Positions 1 through 9,342 of a DNA stretch of 64,000 nt are shown piece after piece. Source of the DNA: a virus. The position numbers and the translations under genes are program-made. The notes beneath the pieces are model-generated. The model saw nothing but the letters and a program-made list of their open reading frames with translations. It was not told where the DNA came from and did no database searches. The first letter of the stretch is position 1; the number at the start of each line of letters is the position of its first letter. The stretch covers positions 1 through 64,000 of IMG/VR virus record IMGVR_UViG_3300025087_000641; one strand, given 5' to 3'.

Positions 1-52
1 CAGAAACACAGTATGCGACCATGCCAGAAATGCTATTACGGATACAACTATA

Positions 53-274
53 ATGCCTAGAGGGGTCTATCCGAGAACTAGTGGCTTTTGCCAGAAGATG
101 CAACAGATCGCCACAGAAGCGACAAGCCTCTGGCCTTACAAGAGTTACATCTGTTCTATCTGTGGCGGAGAATTTGAAAGCAAGAGTCATCATATGCCAA
201 ACGTCTGCAAGAATGAGGTCTGCCAGAGAAGTTATTACCGTGACAAGTTGAGAGAGTGGAGGGCAAGGCAGTGA
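53..274 (+). CDS. small Cys-rich (putative Zn-binding) hypothetical protein
   Basis: 73 aa ORF with CSIC...C...C pattern. Confidence 0.45.
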   Translation: MPRGVYPRTSGFCQKMQQIATEATSLWPYKSYICSICGGEFESKSHHMPNVCKNEVCQRSYYRDKLREWRARQ

Positions 275-415
275 TGGACGAGTGGGGATTTACACTTTAC
301 TTGATAAGCATGGTGGGGTACTTGTGTCTTATGGCGTTGGCGCAAAGAAAAAGGTAGACTTGCGAGCAGAATGATAGCAAAATGACATACAAACCGCACA
401 CATGAATGGAGAAAA

Positions 416-1588
416 ATGAAAATCATTGACGAAATTCCAGTTTGGGGAGAACCAGAGGATGGGGCATTGGTACAAATAAAGAATTGTGCCAAAGATGCCT
501 ATGCGGTTGCGCTCATGGCCGATAACCATAAAGGCTACTCCTGTCCAATTGGCGGAGTTGTGGCATACACAGATTCTATTTCTCCAAATTGCGTAGGTTT
601 TGACATCGCGTGTGGCAACAAGGCAGTATTGACAGACATCCCCGCCAGCGAGGTTCGCAAGAACATCAAGACTCTGATGAACGACATCTGGGAGAATCTT
701 GAATTCGGAATCGGAAAGAAGAATCAGGTACGACAAGACCACGAGTTGTTCTATTCTCCGTCTTGGAAATTGGATGCCATTGCGCCACTCAAGGATATGG
801 CGAGAGAACAACTTGGGACTATCGGCTCTGGCAATCACTATGTTGACCTCTTGGAAGATGAGCAAGGCAGAACATGGATTGGAGTCCACTTTGGCTCTCG
901 CGGATTCGGACACAAGACCGCCACATATTTCCTAAAAGCGGGAGGGGCGAAGGACGGGATTGATACAGACCCGCTTGTTATTCCAGTATCCTCAGCACTC
1001 GGAACTGATTATCTTGAGTGCATGACTCTTGCCGGAAGATATGCCTATGCTGGCAGAGATTGGGTGTGCGAAGAGGTTGCCAGAATACTTGGGGCGAACA
1101 TCTTGGATGAAGTCCACAACCATCACAATTTTGCGTGGCGAGAAAAACACAATGGGCAAGACCTATGGGTAGTTCGCAAGGGGGCCACACCAGCATTCCC
1201 CGGACAGCGCGGATTTGTCGGCGGTTCAATGGGCGACATCTCGGTTATCCTTGAGGGCGTGGAATCTGATGAGGCGAAGTATTCACTCTACTCAACTGTT
1301 CACGGGGCGGGGAGAGTCATGAGTCGAACTGCGGCAAGGGGAAAAGTAAATCGCAAGACTGGTGCTGTTATCTCTAAGGGTTCTATATCGCGCGAAATGA
1401 TGATGGGGTGGATTGACAAACTTGGAGTCGAACTGCGAGGAGCGGGAACGGACGAATCGCCACAGGCTTACAAGAGATTGCCAGAAGTCCTTGAACATCA
1501 CAAGTCAACATTCAAGATTCTACACACGTTGACCCCAATGGGTGTTGCAATGGCTTCGGCTAAGGAGTTTGACCCATATCGGGACTAG
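416..1588 (+). CDS. rtcB: RtcB family RNA 2',3'-cyclic phosphate/5'-OH ligase
   Basis: Motifs GFDIACG, LGTIGSGNHY, VHFGSRG, HNHHNFAW, RKGATPA, GGSMG, VHGAGR, DESPQAYK; GGAG SD. Confidence 0.95.
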   Translation: MKIIDEIPVWGEPEDGALVQIKNCAKDAYAVALMADNHKGYSCPIGGVVAYTDSISPNCVGFDIACGNKAVLTDIPASEVRKNIKTLMNDIWENLEFGIGKKNQVRQDHELFYSPSWKLDAIAPLKDMAREQLGTIGSGNHYVDLLEDEQGRTWIGVHFGSRGFGHKTATYFLKAGGAKDGIDTDPLVIPVSSALGTDYLECMTLAGRYAYAGRDWVCEEVARILGANILDEVHNHHNFAWREKHNGQDLWVVRKGATPAFPGQRGFVGGSMGDISVILEGVESDEAKYSLYSTVHGAGRVMSRTAARGKVNRKTGAVISKGSISREMMMGWIDKLGVELRGAGTDESPQAYKRLPEVLEHHKSTFKILHTLTPMGVAMASAKEFDPYRD

Positions 1589-1591
1589 CGA

Positions 1592-2728
1592 ATGAAGAAA
1601 CCTATAGTTGTCCTGTCGGCAATCGCTATCCGACTCTTCCTCATATTCAACACGGGCGGGGGATACGACCTACAAATCTATCGCTACTTCGGAAACATTG
1701 TGGCACATAGCGGAAATCCATACCTCGCGCCTGTGAATGGCATAATCAGTCCGATATATGCTGATATGTCGCCACTAAACATGATTCTGTTCGCTGGTAT
1801 CCTGCTAGTCCACAATTCGGACATCGCCATTCGATTATTCCTCACACTTGCCGATATATTAGTTGTCGTCTCTCTTTTATTTTTCCCAAACCGTGACAAG
1901 TTATGGAGGGAATCTGTTGCATTATTCTATGCCCTCAGTCCAATTGTACTTTATGGATTTACAATTGTGGCGGAGGATAAATCTCTCATATTCCTCTTGC
2001 TTGTGCTAGTGTTCGCCATGATAGAGTCTGGACATCCGACTCTTGCCGTACTCGCCACAACTGCGCTGGCAATCTATAAATGGATGGGTATATTTTTTAT
2101 CATTCCCCTCATATTCCATGTATCAAAGAGTCGGCGTGACATCATTCTGTATGGACTCTTGTTCGCCACACTGTTTGTTGCCTCGCACGTCCCGTACTTC
2201 CCGGACAATCTTGTTGCCTACAAGTATCGTGAAGCACGAACACTGTTTGATCCACCCATCCACTCAAGCATCACTATCCTGCTATCCAGCATCGGACTCT
2301 ATACGCCTGCCATCGTGAAGTTATTCATCCCATCGTCACTCATTGTGATGTATGCGCTGTATGCCTTCAAGAGAATCAACATCGCCACCTGCATTGCGCT
2401 ATCAATTTTCTTCGCCTATTTGCCTGCCCCAGAGATGGGATTTGACAGAATAGTTCTTATCTCTTTGCCGTTGCTGTTTATTGTAAAACTATCTCCTGCA
2501 AGGTTTGTGAAGATTTGGACACTCACCACTGTCTCTGTCATTGGATTCTTGTTCACGCAATACAGTTCGCCATTGAATGTGGCGGTATCTTACCTTATGC
2601 CTATTGCGCTACTGGGAATGTTCTTGTACGATAATTTCAGCGGGCGGGTAGCTCAATGGTTAGAGCGCCACTCTTATAAGGTGTCGGCTATTGGTTCAAA
2701 TCCAATCCCGCCCACCACGAAAGGATAG
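1592..2728 (+). CDS. polytopic membrane protein, probable GT-C fold glycosyltransferase (GT87/PIG-M-like)
   Basis: About 10 hydrophobic segments; Asp in first loop (GYDLQIY), NPY...YADMSPL loop, later K and E/D-R positions typical of GT-C enzymes. Confidence 0.55.
   Translation: MKKPIVVLSAIAIRLFLIFNTGGGYDLQIYRYFGNIVAHSGNPYLAPVNGIISPIYADMSPLNMILFAGILLVHNSDIAIRLFLTLADILVVVSLLFFPNRDKLWRESVALFYALSPIVLYGFTIVAEDKSLIFLLLVLVFAMIESGHPTLAVLATTALAIYKWMGIFFIIPLIFHVSKSRRDIILYGLLFATLFVASHVPYFPDNLVAYKYREARTLFDPPIHSSITILLSSIGLYTPAIVKLFIPSSLIVMYALYAFKRINIATCIALSIFFAYLPAPEMGFDRIVLISLPLLFIVKLSPARFVKIWTLTTVSVIGFLFTQYSSPLNVAVSYLMPIALLGMFLYDNFSGRVAQWLERHSYKVSAIGSNPIPPTTKG
2604..2632 (+). promoter_or_regulatory. 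sigma70-type promoter for the tRNA, inside the membrane-protein CDS
   Basis: TTGCGC-N17-TACGAT ending 9 nt before the tRNA 5' end. Confidence 0.5.
2642..2717 (+). tRNA. tRNA-Ile (anticodon UAU)
   Basis: 76 nt cloverleaf: GGGCGGG/CCCGCCC acceptor stem, GCTC/GAGC D-stem, anticodon loop CTTATAA, ATTGG-TTCAAAT-CCAAT T-arm, encoded 3' ACCA. Confidence 0.92.
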
Positions 2729-2733
2729 CCACA

Positions 2734-3036
2734 ATGAGAGACAGTGTATTTTTCTGGAATGACGAAGAGGAAGAGGAAGAAGAGGAGCGGGCACGGGCAA
2801 CAAGATATTTCAAGTTGAAGCCAAACGAGGTGTTTGCCAACGGCTTCTATGTCAACGCATTATCACCAGAAGAATGGATTGAGGCTGGGAGTCCAGAATA
2901 CAAAAGTCAAGAAGGCGTTGAGGCATTATTACACTTTCGATGGGACAGTTGGCATATCATTGGTGTAAATGACAAAGAACCGCATACGCCAGAATATTGT
3001 AGTTACTGTGATAGACATTCCAGTGTCGAAGCCTAA
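2734..3036 (+). CDS. hypothetical acidic protein
   Basis: AAGGA SD, 100 aa, poly-Glu tract. Confidence 0.6.
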   Translation: MRDSVFFWNDEEEEEEEERARATRYFKLKPNEVFANGFYVNALSPEEWIEAGSPEYKSQEGVEALLHFRWDSWHIIGVNDKEPHTPEYCSYCDRHSSVEA

Positions 3037-3304
3037 CCCTCGCTATCCGCTAAACGAATATGAACTCATAGCCCTCTCTAAATGGCTACCGAGATGCACA
3101 TTCCTTCCGGGTAGTCCAGAAAAGAGATTCGTGAGGCAGAACAAGAACGCCACAGCACTCACCGAGAAACAGCGCGAGTGGTTGAGGAAGATTACTTACC
3201 ACTATCGCAAACAGATAGGATTGTCAGACGATAAAGCCGAGGCGTGGTTCAAACAAATGGAAGCGCCAGTAGAGGCACTATTTATAACGGGACAGTTGTT
3301 ATGA
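2969..3304 (+). CDS. hypothetical protein (start uncertain)
   Basis: ORF packed between neighbours, ATGA overlap with next gene. Confidence 0.55.
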   Translation: MTKNRIRQNIVVTVIDIPVSKPNPRYPLNEYELIALSKWLPRCTFLPGSPEKRFVRQNKNATALTEKQREWLRKITYHYRKQIGLSDDKAEAWFKQMEAPVEALFITGQLL

Positions 3305-3546
3305 AAACGGACTACAAATATATCCACTTTGACAAGAAATTCAACCTCGCTAAAACAACTTGCTGGAGTTGCATCAACAACAGTGGCGAATATGAACTTG
3401 GAGAAGTCAAATGGAGTGCTGGATGGAGACAGTATTGCTATTTCCCGCTACCAACATATAACCAAATTGTCTACAGTTCTGGTTGCCTCAAAGACATAGC
3501 AGACTTCATTGAACAACTCATGGTAGATAGAAAGGCACAGCAATGA
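3301..3546 (+). CDS. phage hypothetical protein
   Basis: ATGA overlaps at both ends; LGEVKW...WRQYC...CLKDIADFI pattern. Confidence 0.65.
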   Translation: MKTDYKYIHFDKKFNLAKTTCWSCINNSGEYELGEVKWSAGWRQYCYFPLPTYNQIVYSSGCLKDIADFIEQLMVDRKAQQ

Positions 3547-3734
3547 ACATCCCAAAGATAATTGACGTTCTGACTCGCGCCAAACACGAACACTACTCAG
3601 AATACGAGGGACTTCATAGTTGCTGGACATTCACTGGTGGAGAATATGACTGTGGCGCAGACGAAATCAACGCCAAGATTGATGCGCTAATTCTTGAACT
3701 GCAACAAGAACTAGACATCGCCACAAAAGCATAG
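3543..3734 (+). CDS. hypothetical protein
   Basis: ATGA overlap, followed by terminator. Confidence 0.55.
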   Translation: MNIPKIIDVLTRAKHEHYSEYEGLHSCWTFTGGEYDCGADEINAKIDALILELQQELDIATKA

Positions 3735-3737
3735 CAA

Positions 3738-3753
3738 TAGTCAAATTTGCACA
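3738..3753 (+). repeat. copy of dispersed intergenic motif TAGTCAARTTTGYACA
   Basis: TAGTCAAATTTGCACA; related copies at 5438, 8176, 10043, 14314, 15478, 16299, 18183, 21323, 53796. Confidence 0.8.
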
Positions 3754-3757
3754 AAAG

Positions 3758-3787
3758 AAAAGCCCCTCAATCCACGAGGGGCTTTTT
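3758..3787. terminator. bidirectional intrinsic terminator
   Basis: AAAAGCCCCTC-loop-GAGGGGCTTTTT between convergent genes. Confidence 0.85.
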
Positions 3788-3893
3788 GATTAGCAGAAAT
3801 GTTCGCCACAGGCATATTGCTCAAAGACGTGGCGATACCCCACAATCCTCCAGAGCAACACGGTACTTTTTGCCTGTGTGCTTACACCACACA

Positions 3894-4436
3894 TCAAAGC
3901 GAAATTTGCTCATAAGGCGGCTTCTGTTCTGCTGTACAAAGGGTATCATTGTGTCCCATTCCGTGTGCGACAATTAGAATCTCGACAATCTCATAATGCC
4001 TCTTTCTACCCATGCCGTTTGTGTTCCATCCGAATGATAGACAGTAACCGTTGGGTTTCAAGATTTTATCAATCAGATTCCGTTCCGCCTGCCAATTTGT
4101 TCGCATCGCATCCTGCGCCTTCATTTTTAGCCCAATAGAATCGTAGCATTCCTTGATTTGTCTCGGAGAATAGGGAGGATCAAAAATGGCAACATCGGCA
4201 CGGACTCCAAACCTTACCATTTCCCCGAGAAATTCCAATACATCCATGTGATATTCAGCAGCAGTATTTGGATTTAGGTCGTTGGTGTACGTCGCCCACC
4301 CCTTGTTCCTTGCAAATGGGTCTATACTGACAGCGCAACTTGATACGGGAAGATACCTCCTAACGAAATCTCGTATAGGTGGAACATCAAATGTGTTTGC
4401 GCTTGGCATTGCCCACAAACGAGAAATTTTCACCAC
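3894..4436 (-). CDS. compact phage adenine-specific DNA methyltransferase
   Basis: IDPFA SAM-binding motif and FDPPYS catalytic motif; TGgTATAAT immediately upstream. Confidence 0.8.
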   Translation of the reverse strand: MVKISRLWAMPSANTFDVPPIRDFVRRYLPVSSCAVSIDPFARNKGWATYTNDLNPNTAAEYHMDVLEFLGEMVRFGVRADVAIFDPPYSPRQIKECYDSIGLKMKAQDAMRTNWQAERNLIDKILKPNGYCLSFGWNTNGMGRKRHYEIVEILIVAHGMGHNDTLCTAEQKPPYEQISL

Positions 4437-4522
4437 ACAATTATACCAGAATATCCCACGTTCTGAATAGTACTCTAGTAATTTGAATTAGCCTATATGC
4501 TTATGCAAGACGTTGACATAAA

Positions 4523-5371
4523 TCAGAGAAGTTTTTCCTGTGCATTCATTGTCCAGATACGTTCACGACTCCACGAAATATACTTGGGATTCTGGTCAAT
4601 CCCAATGAATTTTCTTCCAAGTTCTATACTTGCGATTCCAGTTGCACCCAATCCGCAGAATGGGTCAAGCACAATGGAGTCTTTTGCGTGAGTGAACAAC
4701 CCAATAAGACGACGCGGAATCTCAACGGGGAAAATAGCAGGGTGATTCTTGTGACTCTCTGGCCTTACAAACCAAGTATCTTTGGTAAAATCTGAAAATG
4801 GGACAGCCTCCCGTCCGCGCATACCAGTTCCGCCACGATGAAACCACTGTCCCTTTGATCCCAACAAAATAAACTCGTTAGTCGGGCGCATATATGGATT
4901 GTTGTCACTGCCCATAGAGAATGTAGTGCTTATTGCCTCTCCGTCCTCGTGTCCCTTGACCCAAGTAATTGGTTCGCGCATATGCCTATCGCGCCGATAC
5001 ATCATATCAAAAATTCGGAATCCGACAGGCTCGATTCTCCCACATCCCTTAGACCTTATCCCATTACGATGTGTCAGATATTCTGGGTCAAAGTCCCCCC
5101 ACGACTCTTTGTATCTGTGCTCTGATTGCCACCTCACAACTCCCGGAACATTGATGGCAATTACTCCCCCTCGCACTAATACCCGATAGCACTCATCAAT
5201 AACCTTCCCCATCCAAGCATAGTAATCTGGCCATGGCATTTGGTCGTCAAATTCACCATATTCCTTCCGACAGTTGTATGGCGGACTTGTAACTATTAGG
5301 TCTATGCTACCAGACTCTATCTCTGGCAAAACATCTATGCAATTTCCACAATGCAATTCATATTCAGCCAT
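4523..5371 (-). CDS. site-specific DNA methyltransferase (beta class, SPPY, probably N4-cytosine)
   Basis: TSPPY, HPAIFP, VLDPFCGLGATG motifs. Confidence 0.9.
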   Translation of the reverse strand: MAEYELHCGNCIDVLPEIESGSIDLIVTSPPYNCRKEYGEFDDQMPWPDYYAWMGKVIDECYRVLVRGGVIAINVPGVVRWQSEHRYKESWGDFDPEYLTHRNGIRSKGCGRIEPVGFRIFDMMYRRDRHMREPITWVKGHEDGEAISTTFSMGSDNNPYMRPTNEFILLGSKGQWFHRGGTGMRGREAVPFSDFTKDTWFVRPESHKNHPAIFPVEIPRRLIGLFTHAKDSIVLDPFCGLGATGIASIELGRKFIGIDQNPKYISWSRERIWTMNAQEKLL

Positions 5372-5989
5372 TCATCAAGTATAACACGGACTATAATCTC
5401 AGGCATGGATAATTGGTACTGGTAAAATACACATGATTAGTCAAATTTGGATATTGACTCATATTTTTGTCTGGCATACTCACCGATAAATTTTATGTAA
5501 AGTTGCTCGCAGGGGGTGGTCATTCTTATGTCAAGTCTGACGTGTGCGCCTCTATTCGTGGTGTGGTGGGTGGGGGAGTGGGGTGCCTCGCGCAGCGTGA
5601 TGATCGAGGCAAACGAATTAGGTAATATAATAGTTCTTATACGATACGATTCACGCTCAAAATCGGCACAATACAATCATTCGTGTATGGCGCATGGGCC
5701 GGTATCATGTCACACAGCCCTGCCTGTGGCGTAGTGCTGGCCGACCATGCTACCATCCTCGCGCAACAGGTCATAGCACAGGCACAATAGCACACTGCGC
5801 CAGTACACTCGCAATAGGGGCACGCTGGCGAGGACTACCAACAGATACACCACAATGACAGATAAAACGTGTGGCGGCACTCTCTTGCTCGATTAACTGG
5901 CAACGTAGAACGAGTGTACCATGCTGGCGCATGAGGCGAGTCATTATGGCAATGGTACTAAGACTACCCGAAAGTACCATGATATACGC

Positions 5990-6018
5990 TTGACTAATGC
6001 TCGGTAAAAGTCTATTAT
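5990..6018 (+). promoter_or_regulatory. sigma70 promoter heading the rightward small-gene array
   Basis: TTGACT-N17-TATTAT. Confidence 0.75.
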
Positions 6019-6053
6019 GATGCAATAGGACAGACAGAGAGAGGACATCAGCA

Positions 6054-6212
6054 ATGCGTAACTACCAGAGCAACTATTCAGCCAAGGAAGCACAAGCATC
6101 ACTGTACCGCAAGCAGAATGCATCGGTGCTGGGTGCATTGGTCGGGCTAGTCGCCTTCTCCGCTATCGTGCTGGCGATTGTGGTACTGGCCTCCACGATG
6201 GGGTTGTTCTAG
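6054..6212 (+). CDS. small single-pass membrane protein (52 aa, below ORF track cutoff)
   Basis: GAGAGGA SD; MRNYQSNY...VLGALVGLVAFSAIVLAIVVLASTMGLF. Confidence 0.6.
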   Translation: MRNYQSNYSAKEAQASLYRKQNASVLGALVGLVAFSAIVLAIVVLASTMGLF

Positions 6213-6300
6213 GCGAGGACAATGGCAGGACAGAAACGCGACAATCGAGACAAAACCGCGACAATTCAGAATCTAGCATAGCACAGATTGAGTAAACGCA

Positions 6301-6555
6301 ATGTCGCCCAACGATAGATACCAAGTATGCGGTCAAGTGTCAGGTCTGATATGCACTGCCTCAACTAAAGCAGAGGCGTTTAGGATAGGGGCAAAGCACG
6401 CTACATCAGAGGACAAAGACGGGTTTGACATTGGCGCTCACGATTGCCCCGTCGAGGTATTTGATTGCCTTGCTCACAACGGACAGCCAGAATTGTGGCG
6501 TTATGACGACGATAGCAATACATGGAAAGTCGTCAGGATCAGGATAGTACAATGA
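6301..6555 (+). CDS. hypothetical protein
   Basis: ATGA overlap with next gene. Confidence 0.55.
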   Translation: MSPNDRYQVCGQVSGLICTASTKAEAFRIGAKHATSEDKDGFDIGAHDCPVEVFDCLAHNGQPELWRYDDDSNTWKVVRIRIVQ

Positions 6556-7199
6556 GTACAATCCACCTCCACGCAAACGAGACAATGGAAGCGCTCGCAA
6601 AACAGGCATTCGGGTACACTGGGCGCAAGTTCCAAGTTGAGGCGAGGGAACGAGTACATATCGTCTCATATTGGGATGGCGGCACGCGGTCATACTGGGC
6701 AGTGCTAACGATGAGACTAGCGAGGGGCGAGTCCGCACCGGATCGCCACAATACCATCATGGTGCGTGGAATGCCAGAATTGCGCGTGGTGGGAGAATGC
6801 GGCGGGATGGGACAACCTGCCGGGATTGATGTGGAGATTGACGCTAATACCATTGTGGCAGAGCATGTCATCTTTTGCGGTAAAGATTTGGGAATTCGCT
6901 TCTATGTGAATCCCGCCCGCTTGCCACAGTACCTTCCGGCCTCGGCCAATGAACTAACCCGCGAACAAAGAATCGTCCTTGTCGCCACGAGGTCATACAA
7001 GTCCTCGTATGCTGGCGTTGGCAACTATCGGTATATTGAGGCAGGGCGTGAGACCGGCATTAGCCTAGCCGACTGGGAACGAAGCAAGGCAGAATGCCAG
7101 CAAATGGGATTGCTTGACAAACGAGGGGCTATCACAGTAGACGGGCGGAATGCTATCGGAAATGCGGATTTATGGCAATTCAGAAATGGACAGGGATAG
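6552..7199 (+). CDS. hypothetical protein
   Basis: 215 aa; AGGA SD, ATG at 6552. Confidence 0.7.
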   Translation: MSTIHLHANETMEALAKQAFGYTGRKFQVEARERVHIVSYWDGGTRSYWAVLTMRLARGESAPDRHNTIMVRGMPELRVVGECGGMGQPAGIDVEIDANTIVAEHVIFCGKDLGIRFYVNPARLPQYLPASANELTREQRIVLVATRSYKSSYAGVGNYRYIEAGRETGISLADWERSKAECQQMGLLDKRGAITVDGRNAIGNADLWQFRNGQG

Positions 7200-7400
7200 T
7201 ACAAAGGTACAGTATACTTATGCCGTGCTTTTGTGAGACAATACATCTATGCCATACACTGATTGCCGATACTGGGTACGCTATGAAAAACAGGGGAGAA
7301 TCTGGACACACGCGGCATTGACGTTCGAGCAGTATCATTCGCTTGTGGCTAGGCTGGTAGCAGAGCATATCAGTTACACCACGGGAGAGGAGAAAGCGCA

Positions 7401-7607
7401 ATGAGCAGGATAACACTTGACTTATACACGGATAACATGAATCTTACAGAGATTGCGCTCGCTTATATCCTCGCGGATAAACTGTTCTACAATGGCGCGG
7501 ACGTGCTAGAGAAGCGAGTAAAACTGTTCCAGGCCGGAATCGCCAATGCTGGCGATGACGAGTTTTGGGCAGAGGTGGGGCGGATTATGGATGGGGTAGC
7601 GAAATGA
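7401..7607 (+). CDS. hypothetical protein
   Basis: GAGGAG SD. Confidence 0.6.
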   Translation: MSRITLDLYTDNMNLTEIALAYILADKLFYNGADVLEKRVKLFQAGIANAGDDEFWAEVGRIMDGVAK

Positions 7608-7802
7608 CATACCAACAGATTACTCTCCGCGCAACGTCAGAATGGCAAGCACTCCCCGAACCAAACCCGCGAGGCATTGGCTATTTCCTCGCATCTGGAC
7701 AAGTGCAATTTGCTACTCGTGTCGGGTATGTCGGAGGCTCACATTTCCAAGCACGTATCAGCAAGGCGAATGCAAAGCGCGCCACAAAGAGAGGCAACTA
7801 AC

Positions 7803-8165
7803 ATGCTACACAAACTTGACTTGTCGAGGGTAAATTCGGCTTATGTGGCGGATGAATTAGCAATCGTATGGGGAGAGGGCGACAAACGCATTATCACAAA
7901 CTGCGAATTTATACACTGGGTTGGTCAGCCTAATGATACTGACGACATCCGAGTCAACCAGCGGAATCAGCATCCTCCCCAGTACCACGAATTCACCACC
8001 GAGGAATTGAGACTGGCAACAGGCGAGTCGGTGAATATCCCGAAGTGGGGACACTACTTTGGAATTAAGGCACGGATGGCGAGTAACTACGCAACGCTAC
8101 TCGACTCTATGCGCGAAATTGGCGCGGATGTATCAGACATGCCAAAGTGGCAAGACAAGCACTAA
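7803..8165 (+). CDS. hypothetical protein
   Basis: GAGAGG SD before ATG 7803. Confidence 0.6.
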   Translation: MLHKLDLSRVNSAYVADELAIVWGEGDKRIITNCEFIHWVGQPNDTDDIRVNQRNQHPPQYHEFTTEELRLATGESVNIPKWGHYFGIKARMASNYATLLDSMREIGADVSDMPKWQDKH

Positions 8166-8395
8166 ACCGCTTGATTAGTCAGGTTTGTACAAAGAGAGAG
8201 GATATACCACAGATGACTACCACTCGCCATGATGTCAAGTTTTACAATTGGCTGGGAGATGAAAAGGAAACCGTAAGGGGACTAACGTATGCACAATTCT
8301 ATGCACTTACACAAGCACTAGAAAGAATCGGAATTGTGTATACGTTCAAAACGTTTGAGCAGTACGATTGAGACAGAAAAGAGAGGATACACCAC

Positions 8396-8608
8396 ATGAA
8401 AACACAAGCCGATAGACTTTTAGATGCTGCATATCTAAACCATGTCAAGCACGGCGGGCATAGAGGCATGAACTATGTAGCCTGTGCAAAATGCGACAAG
8501 CACTATACCGCGCATTTTGGGCGGGATTGTCTGTATCTCCGCAATGATCGAAATACCGTGCTTGATAGTGTGCCGCTTGTGGCGTTAGACGACAAGCGGC
8601 TAAAGTAA
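8396..8608 (+). CDS. hypothetical protein (CxxC)
   Basis: GAGAGGA SD. Confidence 0.55.
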   Translation: MKTQADRLLDAAYLNHVKHGGHRGMNYVACAKCDKHYTAHFGRDCLYLRNDRNTVLDSVPLVALDDKRLK

Positions 8609-8634
8609 GGCAGACAAAGAGAGGAAACCAGACA

Positions 8635-8829
8635 ATGAATCCGCAAACGTTAGCAATTGGCGTCATGTCACTCATCGGGATTGTGCTACTCGCCGTCATG
8701 CTGGCGGGCACTCACAAGCTCGGCAAAGTTGAGACGATTAGCGAGAGGCAGTATGCCCGGAATGCGCGTATGCTGGCGAATCTCAAGCATGAGGGGGTTT
8801 GGCAGGAACCGATTATCAATAATCGGTAG
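8635..8829 (+). CDS. small membrane protein
   Basis: GAGAGGA SD, N-terminal hydrophobic helix. Confidence 0.55.
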   Translation: MNPQTLAIGVMSLIGIVLLAVMLAGTHKLGKVETISERQYARNARMLANLKHEGVWQEPIINNR

Positions 8830-8841
8830 AACACTGGGAGG

Positions 8842-8930
8842 CTAGTCCTCCCTCACTTGCCCCAATGGACTAATCCGCCACAGATGAGCGGAGGTGAGTA
8901 GAGTTATTGGGGCAAATGAGAGGGGATTAG
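8842..8930. other. long intergenic inverted repeat (25-bp imperfect stem)
   Basis: CTAGTCCTCCCTCACTTGCCCCAAT pairs with ATTGGGGCAAATGAGAGGGGATTAG (2 GU pairs, 2 mismatches). Confidence 0.7.
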
Positions 8931-8949
8931 CAGACTGGAGGATCATCAC

Positions 8950-9150
8950 ATGACAAAATACAATGTCTTTATTCGGCGGTGGTGGAAAGATAACCCGACA
9001 TGGCCGAAAGGCCTTGAGCCTCAGATGGGCAGAAAAACATACTTACAGCGCAATGTTGATTATGATACTGCGCGAAGCATTGCCAGAGAGTATAACACCA
9101 CGCACAAGCCGGGGCGTTATTCCCTCAAGGCGGAATTTGAGGAGGCCTAG
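8950..9150 (+). CDS. hypothetical protein
   Basis: GGAGGA SD. Confidence 0.6.
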   Translation: MTKYNVFIRRWWKDNPTWPKGLEPQMGRKTYLQRNVDYDTARSIAREYNTTHKPGRYSLKAEFEEA

Positions 9151-9152
9151 AC

Positions 9153-9338
9153 ATGAGCAAACTGCTAATCTCTGAATTAGTGGCGGGGAGTACCCTGCTA
9201 GTCGCTATGCTGGCAGTGTATGCCTCACCACAGTATCACCCATTCGTCAAGGCTGTCTTGCTACCTAAACTGGCGTATGCTGGGGCAGCGGTGATGGCAG
9301 TTATCGCCGTTTGTGCTTTCGTGGTGAGCGGAGGGTAA
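9153..9338 (+). CDS. small two-helix membrane protein
   Basis: GGAGG SD, two hydrophobic segments. Confidence 0.55.
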   Translation: MSKLLISELVAGSTLLVAMLAVYASPQYHPFVKAVLLPKLAYAGAAVMAVIAVCAFVVSGG

Positions 9339-9342
9339 GACA

